From Okamejei kenojei (lineage: Eukaryota), in the NCBI GenBank assembly GCA_035221665.1, contig CM069154.1, positions 6,014,001 through 6,078,000 of the forward strand: DNA of 64,000 nt. The letters are read 5' to 3'. Both the position numbers and the translations under genes were made by a program. Of this stretch, positions 12,786 to 23,702 are shown piece by piece. Each line of letters begins with the position of its first letter. Position 1 is the stretch's first letter. The notes beneath the pieces were generated by a model that was given only the letters and a program-made list of their open reading frames with translations, did not search any database and was not told the origin of the DNA.

Positions 12786-13584
12786 ATAATATAGTTTAAC
12801 TGAATATAAAACTCTGGAACCGCAGAAAGCACGCAAAGGTTAATACAATAGTTCGAAGCTGACGAAAGAAACCTTGGAAGAAGTGACAAAAATTAAGATG
12901 GTGCAAGCTAGAAGTGTTCATTGTAATTCGGGGGACGAGTGGCGAAGTTCTGATTCACCGTGTCTCTGCAAAAGACAATGTGAAGTCATCAGTCTCACTG
13001 ACAGTGGGAACTACGCTTTATTTGTCCCGACCAATCCCAACACAGTGCTGTCTGGAAGATGGACCCCAACGACTCCACACCGGGCACAGAAATCCACCCT
13101 GCACACGTACAACCTGACAAAACCTCGTGATATTATCTACATGGACATTTGGATTAACTTCAGGATACGAAAACGTGCACGGTTTTTGTTTATATCAATG
13201 GACAGGATATTTGAAAGCATTAATGGAAACCATTTGGATAAATTCGGCGAAGAGATGGGATTGCTTTAGGCAGAGGGTGGCGAATCTATGAATTTCATTG
13301 CCACAGGAGGCTGTGGAGGCCAAGTCAATTCAAACAGGAGATGCTGCCTGTCCCGCTGAGTTACTCCAGTATTTTTGTATCTATCCAAATCAATTGATAT
13401 TTTTCAGGCGAACATTTTCATATTCTTGATAAATAAGGATGTCTTGGGTTTTGGGGTGAAGGCAGGATAATGGAATCGAGAGGGAAGGATAGATCAGTCG
13501 TGATTGGGGGCGGATTATATATGATGGGCTGAATGGCCTAATTCTGCTCCTATAATTTATGAACATAATGACGATCAAACCTAC

Positions 13585-13675
13585 CTTAGAGTCTCTTGTG
13601 AACACTGCGGTTGAGATACTCCAGATCACAAGCAGGAGAAAGAACAGCCAGCGCCCCACTCTCCATGAGATGTAA
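13585..13675 (-). CDS. Gene B: transmembrane exon YISWRVGRWLFFLLLVIWSISTAVFTRDSK (Arg-containing, activating type)
   Basis: Acceptor ctcttgccctttgcccag, donor AAG|gtaggt, 91 nt (phase 2-0), hydrophobic segment; 87/91 nt identical to 39726-39816. Confidence 0.75.
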
Positions 13676-14666
13676 CTGGGCAAAGGGCAAGAGATACAGA
13701 ATCACTGGGAGGAAACGAGACTGTTTATCTTTGAAACATTTACCTGTTATTTGCTTCATAGCTTTGGCGAAGTGGAGCGGGGCTAAGCAGCGGCGTCAAT
13801 GGAGATCAGCTTGGAGAAAGAACGAGTGTTGGACTGGGGGGTGGGGGGGACAACTCATGATCACCAATTACTGACCTGATTGCTGGAGCATGGTTACAAG
13901 ACTGGGAATGAGAGATTACACGGTTAAATGGATTCGGAGAAGACAGATAAATAAGTCATGAGATGGAGCAGTGAATACAGTGAATGCAGAGTAGATAGAC
14001 AGAAAATGCTGGGGAAACACAGCGGAAAAGGCAGCAATTCCGGAGAGAAGGAATGGGTGACGTTTTGGGTCGAGACCCTCTTCAGACTGGGAGTCACGGG
14101 AGAGTGAAACTGTAGAAGGATAAAAAGAACAGTGTAATATCCTGGAAGAAAGAAAATGCTGTTGCAAGGAATATTATAATAAAATCCATATGGATAGACA
14201 GGAATAATCAAAAAAAGAGCAATTCTAATGGTGGAAGGGAGATGGAATAAAAATGGAAACAGAGAGGCCAATTAATAAAATACATTAAAATGATAATGCT
14301 TAATCTCACACCCTCGATATTTCCTGGTTTAACGCGGTAGGTGTGTGGTTGGAGGAATCGTGTTCGAAAAATCGGTTAAAGGTTCGCTCATATCGGCGTG
14401 ACTTTTATTAACGTTCATATTTCCTAACGCAAGTATTACACAAGATCGCGATAACAGACACATCTATTTCAATTGTAATAATGATTATATTATGATGAAA
14501 TATTCAGGGATAATTTTTTTAATGGTTTCAAAGTTCAATGTGTAAGAGAGCGTCAGTTAACTCAGTTCGCTGTTTTCGGTCTGATTCAAGATTATTTTCT
14601 CACATTATGCGCCAGCGAATTTTTGGTGCATGACGCCATCAATGGCAAGGTGTTGCCACAAGTGAT

Positions 14667-14669
<3 letters not shown>

Positions 14670-14737
<68 letters not shown>
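14670..14737 (+). repeat. Poly-G tract
   Basis: About 68 G; the paralogous position near 26565 has about 12 G. Confidence 0.9.
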
Positions 14738-14738
<1 letters not shown>

Positions 14739-15803
14739 GGGGGTGTCTTAGCCCATAATTCACAATGCATTTACCTAGCAGCACAACACTAGAGCAGGTC
14801 ACACCAAAGCTAAACTGCAAGACTTGGGTTTGGCAACGATGCTCATCTCACAGAATGGGATGAGGCTAGTGATGGAGAAGTCGTGGTGAATAGTGCAGGG
14901 AGCGCTCTCGGAAAGGCAGCAAATGGAGGAACTTGTTCTTATCATCCAAACATATACACGACACAATGAGATGTAAACCCAGTGCGATTCCCCTTCTGAT
15001 GAGTTAACTAATAACTGGTTTGCAAGTTATATACATATTATTAAATAATATTTAATAGGTATAATTATGTTTGGTGTCAGGCTTGAAACATTTACAAAAA
15101 GTGATTATGTTTTCTGACATTTGGGAGCATTGGATCAAAGACGCATAGAGAAACTCGGTATAGAACCAGGGTATTTGGCCCTTCATGTCTGTGCCGATGG
15201 TCAACTACATTCACACAAATCCTGTGTCAATCCCATTTTTATTTTGCCCACTTTCTCATCAACTACCACTACCGTCCAACACCCTGCCCCTCCCCCGCCC
15301 CACACCCTATCCACCCTGTACACATGGGACAGTTTACAACTGGCATATCATTGGGAGCTGTGATAACACTGAAGCACTTCCCCCCGCATTCCAAAGTCGT
15401 GCAGCTTTGTAGGTTAATTGGCTTCTTGTTAACTGTCCCCATGGAACTAGTGTACTGGTGATTACTGGACGGTGTGCCTCAGTGGGCCAAAGAGCCTGTT
15501 TCCGTGCTATATCCATAAACTAATCTTAAGGGTGCAATAACACTTGAGATGAGTATTGCTTGGAATGTCACATTACAGTTATGGGGAGGGGCTGGTTAGG
15601 GGTTTTATAAAAGTCGATTCAGGACAGGTGAGGAAAGGGGAATCCATTACAGGTGTGCGAAACTGTGAGCAGCATAGATCGGGTATTATTGGAACATTTT
15701 GCACGGCAGATATTTGTAAAAGTGGAGAACATATGGTTAAGTTAAGGAGCAGGATGTTTCAAGGCAATCAAGAAATATGTTTAAACCTAGAAGGTAGAGG
15801 TAC

Positions 15804-16383
15804 CTGAATTGGTGAATCCTCTCACCCTTGTAATGGACTGTTCGAACTACTCCCTTCCGGCAGACGTTACAAGGCCTTCTACGCCCGCACCTCCAGACTC
15901 AGGAACAGCTTCATTCCCAGAGCCACAGCGGCTCTGAACCGGCCCTGCTGAGTGCCAACCCACCCCCATGGACTGTCTCCCCCGGCCTCGCACTTTAGTC
16001 TGTTTTGACTTTACTGGTCTAATGTTCGTTTTACAAACCTTGTTCTCGGGGTATCTAAACCTAAAGTTATGACATTGGATGGAAGTTGCAAACCAAATCT
16101 CGTTGCACTTATGTGTAATGACAATAAAATATATAATTATAATTATTATTATTATTATTGCCACAATGGACGAGGTGCTGGTAAATGGGATTAGTATCGA
16201 TGGTACTGAATGGTCAACGTTAACACAGTGGACCAAATCAGATACCGTCGTCAATGTGTTATCTGTGGCCACATTTACTGATCATTTCTGATCGTTTCCC
16301 ATATCTGAGGGTCGGTCATGTGGAGATGATGGCGGGAAAGTGAAAATGCTTGACCTGATGTCACTGCAAACCTAGTTTTAAAG
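15804..16383 (-). pseudogene. Gene B: candidate stalk exon, frameshifted and interrupted by a LINE fragment
   Basis: Acceptor tttgcacag, donor CAG|gtacct. The paralog in D reads ALNQVCNDISPSTFTFPPPSP; no intact copy exists in the window. Confidence 0.35.
15812..16160 (+). mobile_element. Rex1/Babar-type LINE 3' fragment with (att)n tail
   Basis: FELLPSGRRY...RTSRLRNSFIPRA peptide; the empty site acctgaattgccacaatgg is seen at about 27761-27779. Confidence 0.75.
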
Positions 16384-16696
16384 CTGTGCAAACATAAGAG
16401 GAAGTTCTAGCCGGGAGGCTGGCCTACACCAGCACTGGGAAATCTATGTCTGGAGCCCAGCAACCAAGTATTGACAAATAGGACATAATTCCATAATTTT
16501 AATCTGGATAAGTTAATTAAATAACGTGCATGAAATTCAGAGTGTGGAGGGTTATGGGGAGAAGGCAGGAGAATGGGGTGAAGGGATGATTAATCAGCCA
16601 GGATTGAATGGTCTATTTCTGCTGCTATTACTTGTGATTTTATGAACCACCACACTCCCACTTCCCCTTCTTCTCCTCATTCCATCCACTACTTAC

Positions 16697-17017
16697 CAGT
16701 GCCGATGATTTTCACTAGAAAACTGCAGGGCACACCACTGCTGGAGATGGACACGGTGACCATTTCACTGGATTTTGATCCACGTTGGTTTGAGGCTGTG
16801 CAATAATATTGATGGTGCTGATGTTTGAAGGATTGACAATGTAGATCCAGGGCATTGTTGTCTGAGATCTTTGAATTCACAGATGTGGTCTTTCCATACC
16901 AGCTGTAGCTAATTGGAAGGGATCCCCGCATCGACTCGCAGGACACTGTCAATGACCCACCGAGACAGGATAAATTGGCTGGTGACAGAAATCTAAGCAC
17001 AGGAGCAGATACGGGTT
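16697..17017 (-). CDS. Gene B: intact C2-type Ig domain exon
   Basis: Acceptor ctttcccacag, donor G|gtaagt, 321 nt, phase 1-1: EPVSAPVLRFLSPANLSCLGGSLTVSCESMRGSLPISYSWY...YYCTASNQRGSKSSEMVTVSISSSGVPCSFLVKIIGT. Confidence 0.85.
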
Positions 17018-17200
17018 CTGTGGGAAAGGAGCAAACAGTCAGACACTGAGTGAACATCTGAAAATCAAACACTCGCCAATATTCACCATCTCTGTATGTT
17101 AGCCAGGGCCGCCAGGTTGTAGTCTGATCCATCCATCTACAGAGTAATAGAGTGATACACCATAGAAACAGGCCCAGATGTTCATATGTTGTTGAGGTTG

Positions 17201-19793
17201 AACTTGGGCGAATTATGTTCAGCTTCAGCCACTCAGCTGTACCAAACATCCCACTACGGTCAATGACACTTTACTATCCCCCTCTTTAAATAATTCCCAT
17301 TACCTCTGTCCTCCACTCCCTCATCCCACACATCATGGGAAAATGTATATGCTTCGCGTAATTGATACATTTCCATAAGTACCTCGCTCAATCATTTCCA
17401 CAGCAAGGAATGAAGTCTGTAACAATCTGTCCCTGCGTTAATCACACCCTGTCCAGGCAGCGTTGCCCTAAAACCTTTCTGCACGCTGTCCACCTCAACG
17501 GCATTTTTCTTGGAGCTGAGGGACTAAAGCTGAATATAATTCCCAAAATGTGGACTCAACATCTGAAGCATATTATCTCAAATTATGTTCTGAATGTTCT
17601 CACTGATGATGACCAGCGTGCCAAAAACTCTATTTAATGCCTTTGAATTTAAAGGCGAAAATTAATTACGATCCCTTTAAGATAGACCAAACAACGCTGG
17701 AGCAACTCAGCGGAGCAGGCGGCATCTCTCGACAGAAGGAATGGGGGACGTTTCGGGTCATGACCCTTCTTCAGTCTGAGAGTCATGAGAAAGGGAAACA
17801 GAAGAGAAATGGAAGGGTAAGGTGTGAAAACAAATGAACAAAAGTAAAAATGTAAAAATAAAATGTAGAATGGATCATTGTCAGCTGAATGGAAGGTGAC
17901 AACGAGGCATACAATCAGTAAAATATAATCAGGAAGACAGTGAAACTAAATGGCACACTAGGACGGGGCGGGATGCAGACAGGAGTAAAGCAAGGGTTAC
18001 TTGAAGATAGAGAAGTCAATATTCTAACCGCTGAGTGTCAGCTGCCCAAGCCAAATATGAGGTGCTATTCCTCCAATTTGCGTTTGGCCTCCCTCTGACT
18101 GTGGAGGAGCTCCAGGACAGAAAGGTCAGTTTGCGAATGGGAGGGGGAGTTCGTGCTTAGCAATCGGGAAGTAGCGTAGGCCGATGCAGACTGAGCGGAG
18201 TTGATCAGCGAAACGATCGCCGAGCCCGAACCTCCGAGGAGTTCACAACTCAGATCCAGTTGATTGCCAGACAAGATCGTTGACCACCCATACTCGTTCT
18301 TCTCACACCATGTGTAATGGATGGGAAGGGATCCACGGACAGACTCACACGACACTGTGACGGAGCCTCCGAGACGTGAGGCATTTGCTGGTGACAGATA
18401 TCTGAGCACAGGAGCAGACACAGGTTCTGTGGGAAAGGAGTAAACATTCAATCACCTGTATCTTACCGGCTCATCTTCATCTCTGTGACTGTGCGACACC
18501 CAGACACTGAAGCAGGTTACAGTTATAGAGTACCGAAAGAGGCCCATCACAACAGCTCATTCATGCCGACAATCATGTCTTTCTAGACCATTTTCATATG
18601 TCGACGTTTCTGCCTTAACGCTCGCAATGATCCCAATCTACGCAACTGTCCAAAATGTCTTTTAAATGCTGTTATTCTGACTGTCTCAACAACTTCCTCT
18701 GGCAGCAAGTTCCAGACACATATCACCCAATGTGTGGAAAATGTTGTCCCTCAGAACAGAAGTTGGTCAACTTGGGCGAATTGTGTTTAGCTTCAGCCAC
18801 TCACCTGTACCAAACATGCCACTACGGTCAATGACACCTTACTATTCCCCCCTCTTTAAATAGTTCCAGTACCTCTGTCCCCCACTTTCTCATCCCACAC
18901 ATCGTGGAAAATGAACATGCTTCTCGTGATTGATACATTTCTATAAGTTCCTCGCTGAATCTGTTCCACACCAAGGAATGAATTCTGAGTGTCCAATCGC
19001 TCCCTGCGTTAATCAAATCCTGTCCAGGCAGCGTCGTCTTAAAATTTTCTGCACGCTGTCCACGTCAAAGGCACTTTTCTTGGATCTGAGGGACTAAAGC
19101 TGAACACAACCCCCAGAATGTGGACTCAACACCTGCACGTCTGAAGCATATTATCTCAAATTATGTTCTGAATCTTCTCACTTATGAAGACCAGCGTGCC
19201 AAAAACCCTGTTCATTGGCTTGGAATTCAAAGGCGAAAACTAATTACGATCCCTTTAAGATAGACACAAAATGCTGGAGTATCTCAGCGGAGCAGGCAGT
19301 ATCTCTCGAGAGAAGGAATGGATGAGGTCTCGGGTCGAGACCCTTCTTCAGCCTGAGAGACATGTTCAGGGTAGCAGAAGAGAAATGTAAGGGTAAGATG
19401 TGAAAACAAGTTATCAAAGTGAACAATGTTAAAGGAATATATAGAATGGATAATTGTCAGATGAACGGAAGATGACAACGAGGCATACAATCAGTAAAAT
19501 ATAATCAAGAGGACAGTGAAACTAAATGGAGAACTAGGGCGGGATGGAGACAGAAGTGAAGCAAGGGTTAATTGAAATTTGAGAAGTAAATATATAAGCC
19601 GCTGGGTTGGAAGCTGCCGAAGCGAAATATGAGGTGCTGTTCCTCCAATTTGCGTTTGTCCTCACTCTGACAGTGGAGGAGTTCCAGGACAGAAAGGTCA
19701 GTTTGGGAATGGGAGGGGGAGTTAGTGTTTAGCAATCGGGAAGTAGCGTACGCCGAGGCAGGGTGAGCGGAGTTGATCAGCGAAACGATCGCA
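17201..19793. repeat. Tandem duplication of an intron module flanking C2 exons (about 17201-18223 vs 18769-19793), each copy with a Penelope fragment
   Basis: Collinear similarity over about 1 kb; both copies end in Penelope sequence. Confidence 0.85.
18228..18426 (-). pseudogene. Gene B: truncated first C2-type exon (no second Cys), fused to Penelope sequence
   Basis: Intact acceptor, then EPVSAPVLRYLSPANASRLGGSVTVSCESVRGSLPIHYTW...LDLSCELLG, running directly into ctcggcgatcgtttcgctg (Penelope). Confidence 0.75.
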
Positions 19794-20638
19794 GAGTCTG
19801 CGCTTGGTCTCCCATCTACTATATCCGCTTGTTCGCACCTGGAACAGCGGATAGAATAGATGAGGTTAGATGAGATGCAATTGACCATCTGCTTCACCCG
19901 AAAAGACTGTTGGAGTCCTTGGACGGAGTGGACGGGCGAGGTTTCTGGACAGGTGTTGCATCTGCTGCAGTCGTAGGGGAAGGTACCTGGGGACGGGATG
20001 GTTTGGGTGGGAAAGGACGAGTGGCGCAGGGAGCTGCGTAGGGAACGGTCTCTTCGGAAAGCAGAAAGCGGTGGAGATGGAACTATGTGGTTAGTTGTGG
20101 GATCCCGATGGAGCTGGCGAAAATGTCGGAGGATTGTATGCTGTGTGCGACGGCTGAGGGGGCGAAATATGAGTTTATTCTGCTTACCACCAGGGAAATG
20201 TCCGGGTGGAGAGGTTGGCTGACTGCTGGGTGGTGGGTGGACAGTGGCTGCTGTGGTTGGGGGTTCATTGACGGGGCCGAGGGAGAGAGAGAGAGAGCAC
20301 GCAGGGTAGGGAGGAAGTGACTGATCCCAGAGGTGGGGGCGGGAAGCGGGCTGGCCTGCCCCGGGAGGACTGAACGCTGTCTGTTGAGCTTCGGGGACTC
20401 ATTCCCTGTTTAATATTCTCCGGGTATTCAGACCGCGAGCAACACTTGTTTCTCACTGATCTGTACCTGTCGGTTTATTAGTTTGAGTGGAAATGCAAAC
20501 ACTCTGGCAGGGTGACATTTTTTTACAGTTCGGAGGCAGGGAAATGTGCTGAGCATCCCCCTTGAAGTGACACTTCCCGGAGAAAACATGGAGCAGGCAT
20601 TTCTGTGGAGACATCAAGTCAATCGCTGCGAAACGTAC

Positions 20639-20953
20639 CGTCAGATACTTGGAGCTGAACGTTAATCAATCCATCCCAGAAATACGAACTAATTCCACAG
20701 CTGTACCATCCTGCATCTTCAGAGTGAAGATCTTCCACAGTCACAGTAAATATTCCTCGTGGCGGGTTATCTGTGATTGACACTCTTCCACTCCGTCCGT
20801 GTAGCCCATTTGTTTCCACTAAAACTGTGCACCGGCGAGACCACCCACGGCACCAGTATTTTGTGTGTGAGCGGTACTCTGCTGCATAGTGACAATCGAT
20901 TGTGATCGCTCTTCCCACAACTCCTCTTACATCCCTCTCTGCCCACACTGCAC
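20639..20953 (-). CDS. Gene B: V-type Ig domain exon (CD300/pIgR-like)
   Basis: Acceptor atttcag, donor G|gtacgt, 315 nt, open frame: GAVWAERDVRGVVGRAITIDCHYAAEYRSHTKYWCRGWSRRC...DAGWYSCGISSYFWDGLINVQLQVSD. Confidence 0.88.
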
Positions 20954-21649
20954 CTGAAATGGAGGGGCGGAACTTTCAGATGGAGAACAAATGAACTGTT
21001 TAATTGAAATAGATACATATTGAAGATCACATGAAAGAAAACTTAAATCGTTCCATGATGTGTCATATTGCTTCACGGTCAATGTCTCCGGTCTGAAATG
21101 CAGGCAGCGCTGTTATTGTACCTGTTGTGTCGGTGTTCTGTCCCCGGGGTCAGTACAATTAGGGTTCACTCCCCACTCCAGATCCCTGAGCAGAAACTGG
21201 GCTGGGATCGCAGTGCGGTACTGAGGGAGCGCGGCAGTGTTGCAGGAGCTGCCTTTCAACAATCCCAGGCGGTTCCCGGCCTCTCACCCTACAGAAATAC
21301 CCCACTTTGCTATTTCATTGGTGGTGCCGCCGGCTGCGCTTCCAACATTCATCTCTCAATCGACACTGGGCCGGACCCGTGTTTAGACATTCACCGTCTC
21401 TACAACGCCCTGACTGAGGACAGAGGACGGACGAGTTACAATAAAGCGGGTCCCTTACTGGAGAGTGTTACTAGCGTGAAACGCACACCGCCAGATTCAG
21501 GGACAGTTTCATCCCAGCTGTTATCAGGCATCTGAATCATCCTACCACAAACAGAACTCCCATCTACCACTCTGAGAATCCTCGGACTACCCTTGATCGG
21601 ACTTTGCTGACTTTACCTTACACTAAACGTTATTTCATTTTCATGTATC

Positions 21650-22297
21650 TCTGCAGCTGTAGACGAGCACTCCCCACCACCCAGATGATCACCTTCGTGA
21701 AGGCCGGAGTGCAGCTGCCAAGAACAACAGCAGCCAGGACTGACAGCTTTCATAGACCTGGTGAAACAGCTGAAGTTCCCACAGCACATTGCCACGACCA
21801 CCCTGAGGCCAGATGTCCTCCTGGTCTCAGAAGCGACCAAAAACATCGTCTTGTTGGAACTGACAATTCCGTGGGAGGACCGTCTGGAGGAGGCCCACGA
21901 GAGGAAGATGACCAAGTATGAAGAGCTGGTCATAGACTGCCGTAAGCAGGGCTGGAAGGCAAGGTGTATGCCCATCGAGGTTGGCTACAGAGGTTTTGCA
22001 GGGCAATCGCTCTACAAAGCCTTGAGTACACTGGGCATAAACGGAGTGGCGAGGAGAAGAGCCATCAAGAACACCACAGAGGCAGCTAAGAAGGCCTCGA
22101 GATGGCTCTGGATCCGGAGAGAAGGTCCATGGTGATGAGCGAATGCCACCTGAACACAAGTCGTGGTCTGATCAACCACGGCTGGGTCGCCTGGGTGAGG
22201 GTGTCTGATGTTGAAAGACCCGAAACACCCAATGACCCCAGGTTACATCACTGATGATGTGTTCAAGAGCATCAATAGATGTATTTGTATCAAAAAT
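21650..22297 (+). mobile_element. HERO/NeSL-type non-LTR retrotransposon 3' fragment (restriction-like endonuclease)
   Basis: LRPDVLLVSEATKNIVLLELTIPWEDRLEEAHERKMTKYEEL...IEVGYRGF (PD-(D/E)xK motif); absent from the equivalent site in gene A intron 1. Confidence 0.8.
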
Positions 22298-22377
22298 GCA
22301 CTGTAAGAGCATCGATAGCAACCATGGATTTTCTTTCTGCTGGCTGGTTAGGACGCAACAAAAAAACGTTTCACTCT

Positions 22378-23082
22378 TGGAACTTGGAAAACTTTATTGT
22401 CATTCAGACCTTGCGGTCTGAACGAAATTTCGTTGCCTGCAGTCATACATATAGTAAATAACAAAAACACACAATAAACACATATTTAACATCCACCACA
22501 GTGAGTTCACCAGACGCCTCCTCACTGTGGTGGAAGGCAAAAATCTTGTCTTTGTCTCTTCCCTTCTTCCTCTTCCTCTGCGCTGAGGCGACCCGGGCCT
22601 CCGATGTTGTGACCGCACCGGGTGATGTAAATAAGTCCCGCGGGGGAACCGCGCTCCGCGAGCGGGCCGGTTCAACTCCGCGGCCCGAGCGGTCGAAGCT
22701 GCCGAAGCTGCCGCCCTCCAGTCCAGCGGACGCAGCTGTTGCCGCGGGAGCTCCGGAAAAACAGGTCACCAACCTGTGACCTGCGAGCTCCCGACGATGG
22801 CATCCATTGGGCCCGCGGCCGGGCCTCCGAAGTCGCTGCCGCCGCCACCGGAAAGCCGCCACAGCTCCGAGTCGGGCCGTTGGAACGCCTGAACCTGCCG
22901 CAGCACCCGAAGTCGGCCAGCCCCGCGCTGGTAAGTCCTGGCTGGCTCTACCTCCGGAGCCTCGGGTCGGTCGCAGTTAAAGTTGGAGGCCGCCAGCTCC
23001 GCGATAGGCCTCAGCGCAGACGGAGACTGAGACGGGGGATACGACAAGAAAAGTCGCGTCCCCCCAAAAGGAAGAGACTAAG
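22378..23082 (-). mobile_element. Unclassified GC-rich non-autonomous retroposon
   Basis: Absent from gene A, flanked by actct direct repeats, with a LINE-like 3' end (gacaataaag plus short tandem tail) on the minus strand; CpG-rich body. Confidence 0.55.
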
Positions 23083-23665
23083 GACTCTACCTCAGTGCGC
23101 GTGACAATAAACGAAATTGAATTTGGAACCCGCTGGTCATCTGGGACATGTTCTATTCCCAATGGCCTCGGCTCTCCTTGGACCTTTCAGCACGACTGGG
23201 CCGCGGATTGGCGAGAGGATGAAGAGAGAGTTAGGAGTGGGTGGATAGAACGAGGACAGTGGATCAGTCTCAGACTCCGGGTAATTGTTGGGTTTACGAC
23301 AGAGTTGAGTTGGACAAATGCAAGGAATATTGAACTGACACAATGTGCCCATAATCCTGACTTCCACCTCAGCAGTAAACACATTTTAAAAGTGTAGAAT
23401 TAACATCCTGGTGCTGTTAGAACCCCTGTTCTTCGGACCAGGTGGCTTGGAGTATCTGCTCCAAATTCATTCGCTATTTTATGCCTTTCAACTATAATCA
23501 ATATTCGATATTCAAATGCGATTTCAAATCCATCACCACAATGCACTGAGTTCCATCTCTCCCATTACATGTCTACACACACTTAACCATCTCTGCTGTG
23601 GAAAGGGTGCACGGGACCCCAACTAACATTGATGATTGGAATATCAACATATGGCTTTCACTTAC

Positions 23666-23702
23666 CGGGCAGCGAGGAGATGAGAAGAATGGGAATCCAC
23701 AT
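23666..23702 (-). CDS. Gene B: signal-peptide exon MWIPILLISSLP(G)
   Basis: ATG at 23702, 37 nt, G|gtaagt donor. Confidence 0.85.

Noticed and set aside
13744-13833. Apparent 90-nt exon before the TM exon
   Set aside because: In-frame TGA in both B and D in the required frame, and it would leave only a 68-nt intron.
14605-14820. Poly-proline ORF
   Set aside because: Translation of the poly-G tract.
22199-22230. Hammerhead-like ctgatg...gaaac in the HERO 3' UTR
   Set aside because: The core CUGANGA is incomplete (ctgatgt); it can only be supported as a stem-loop.
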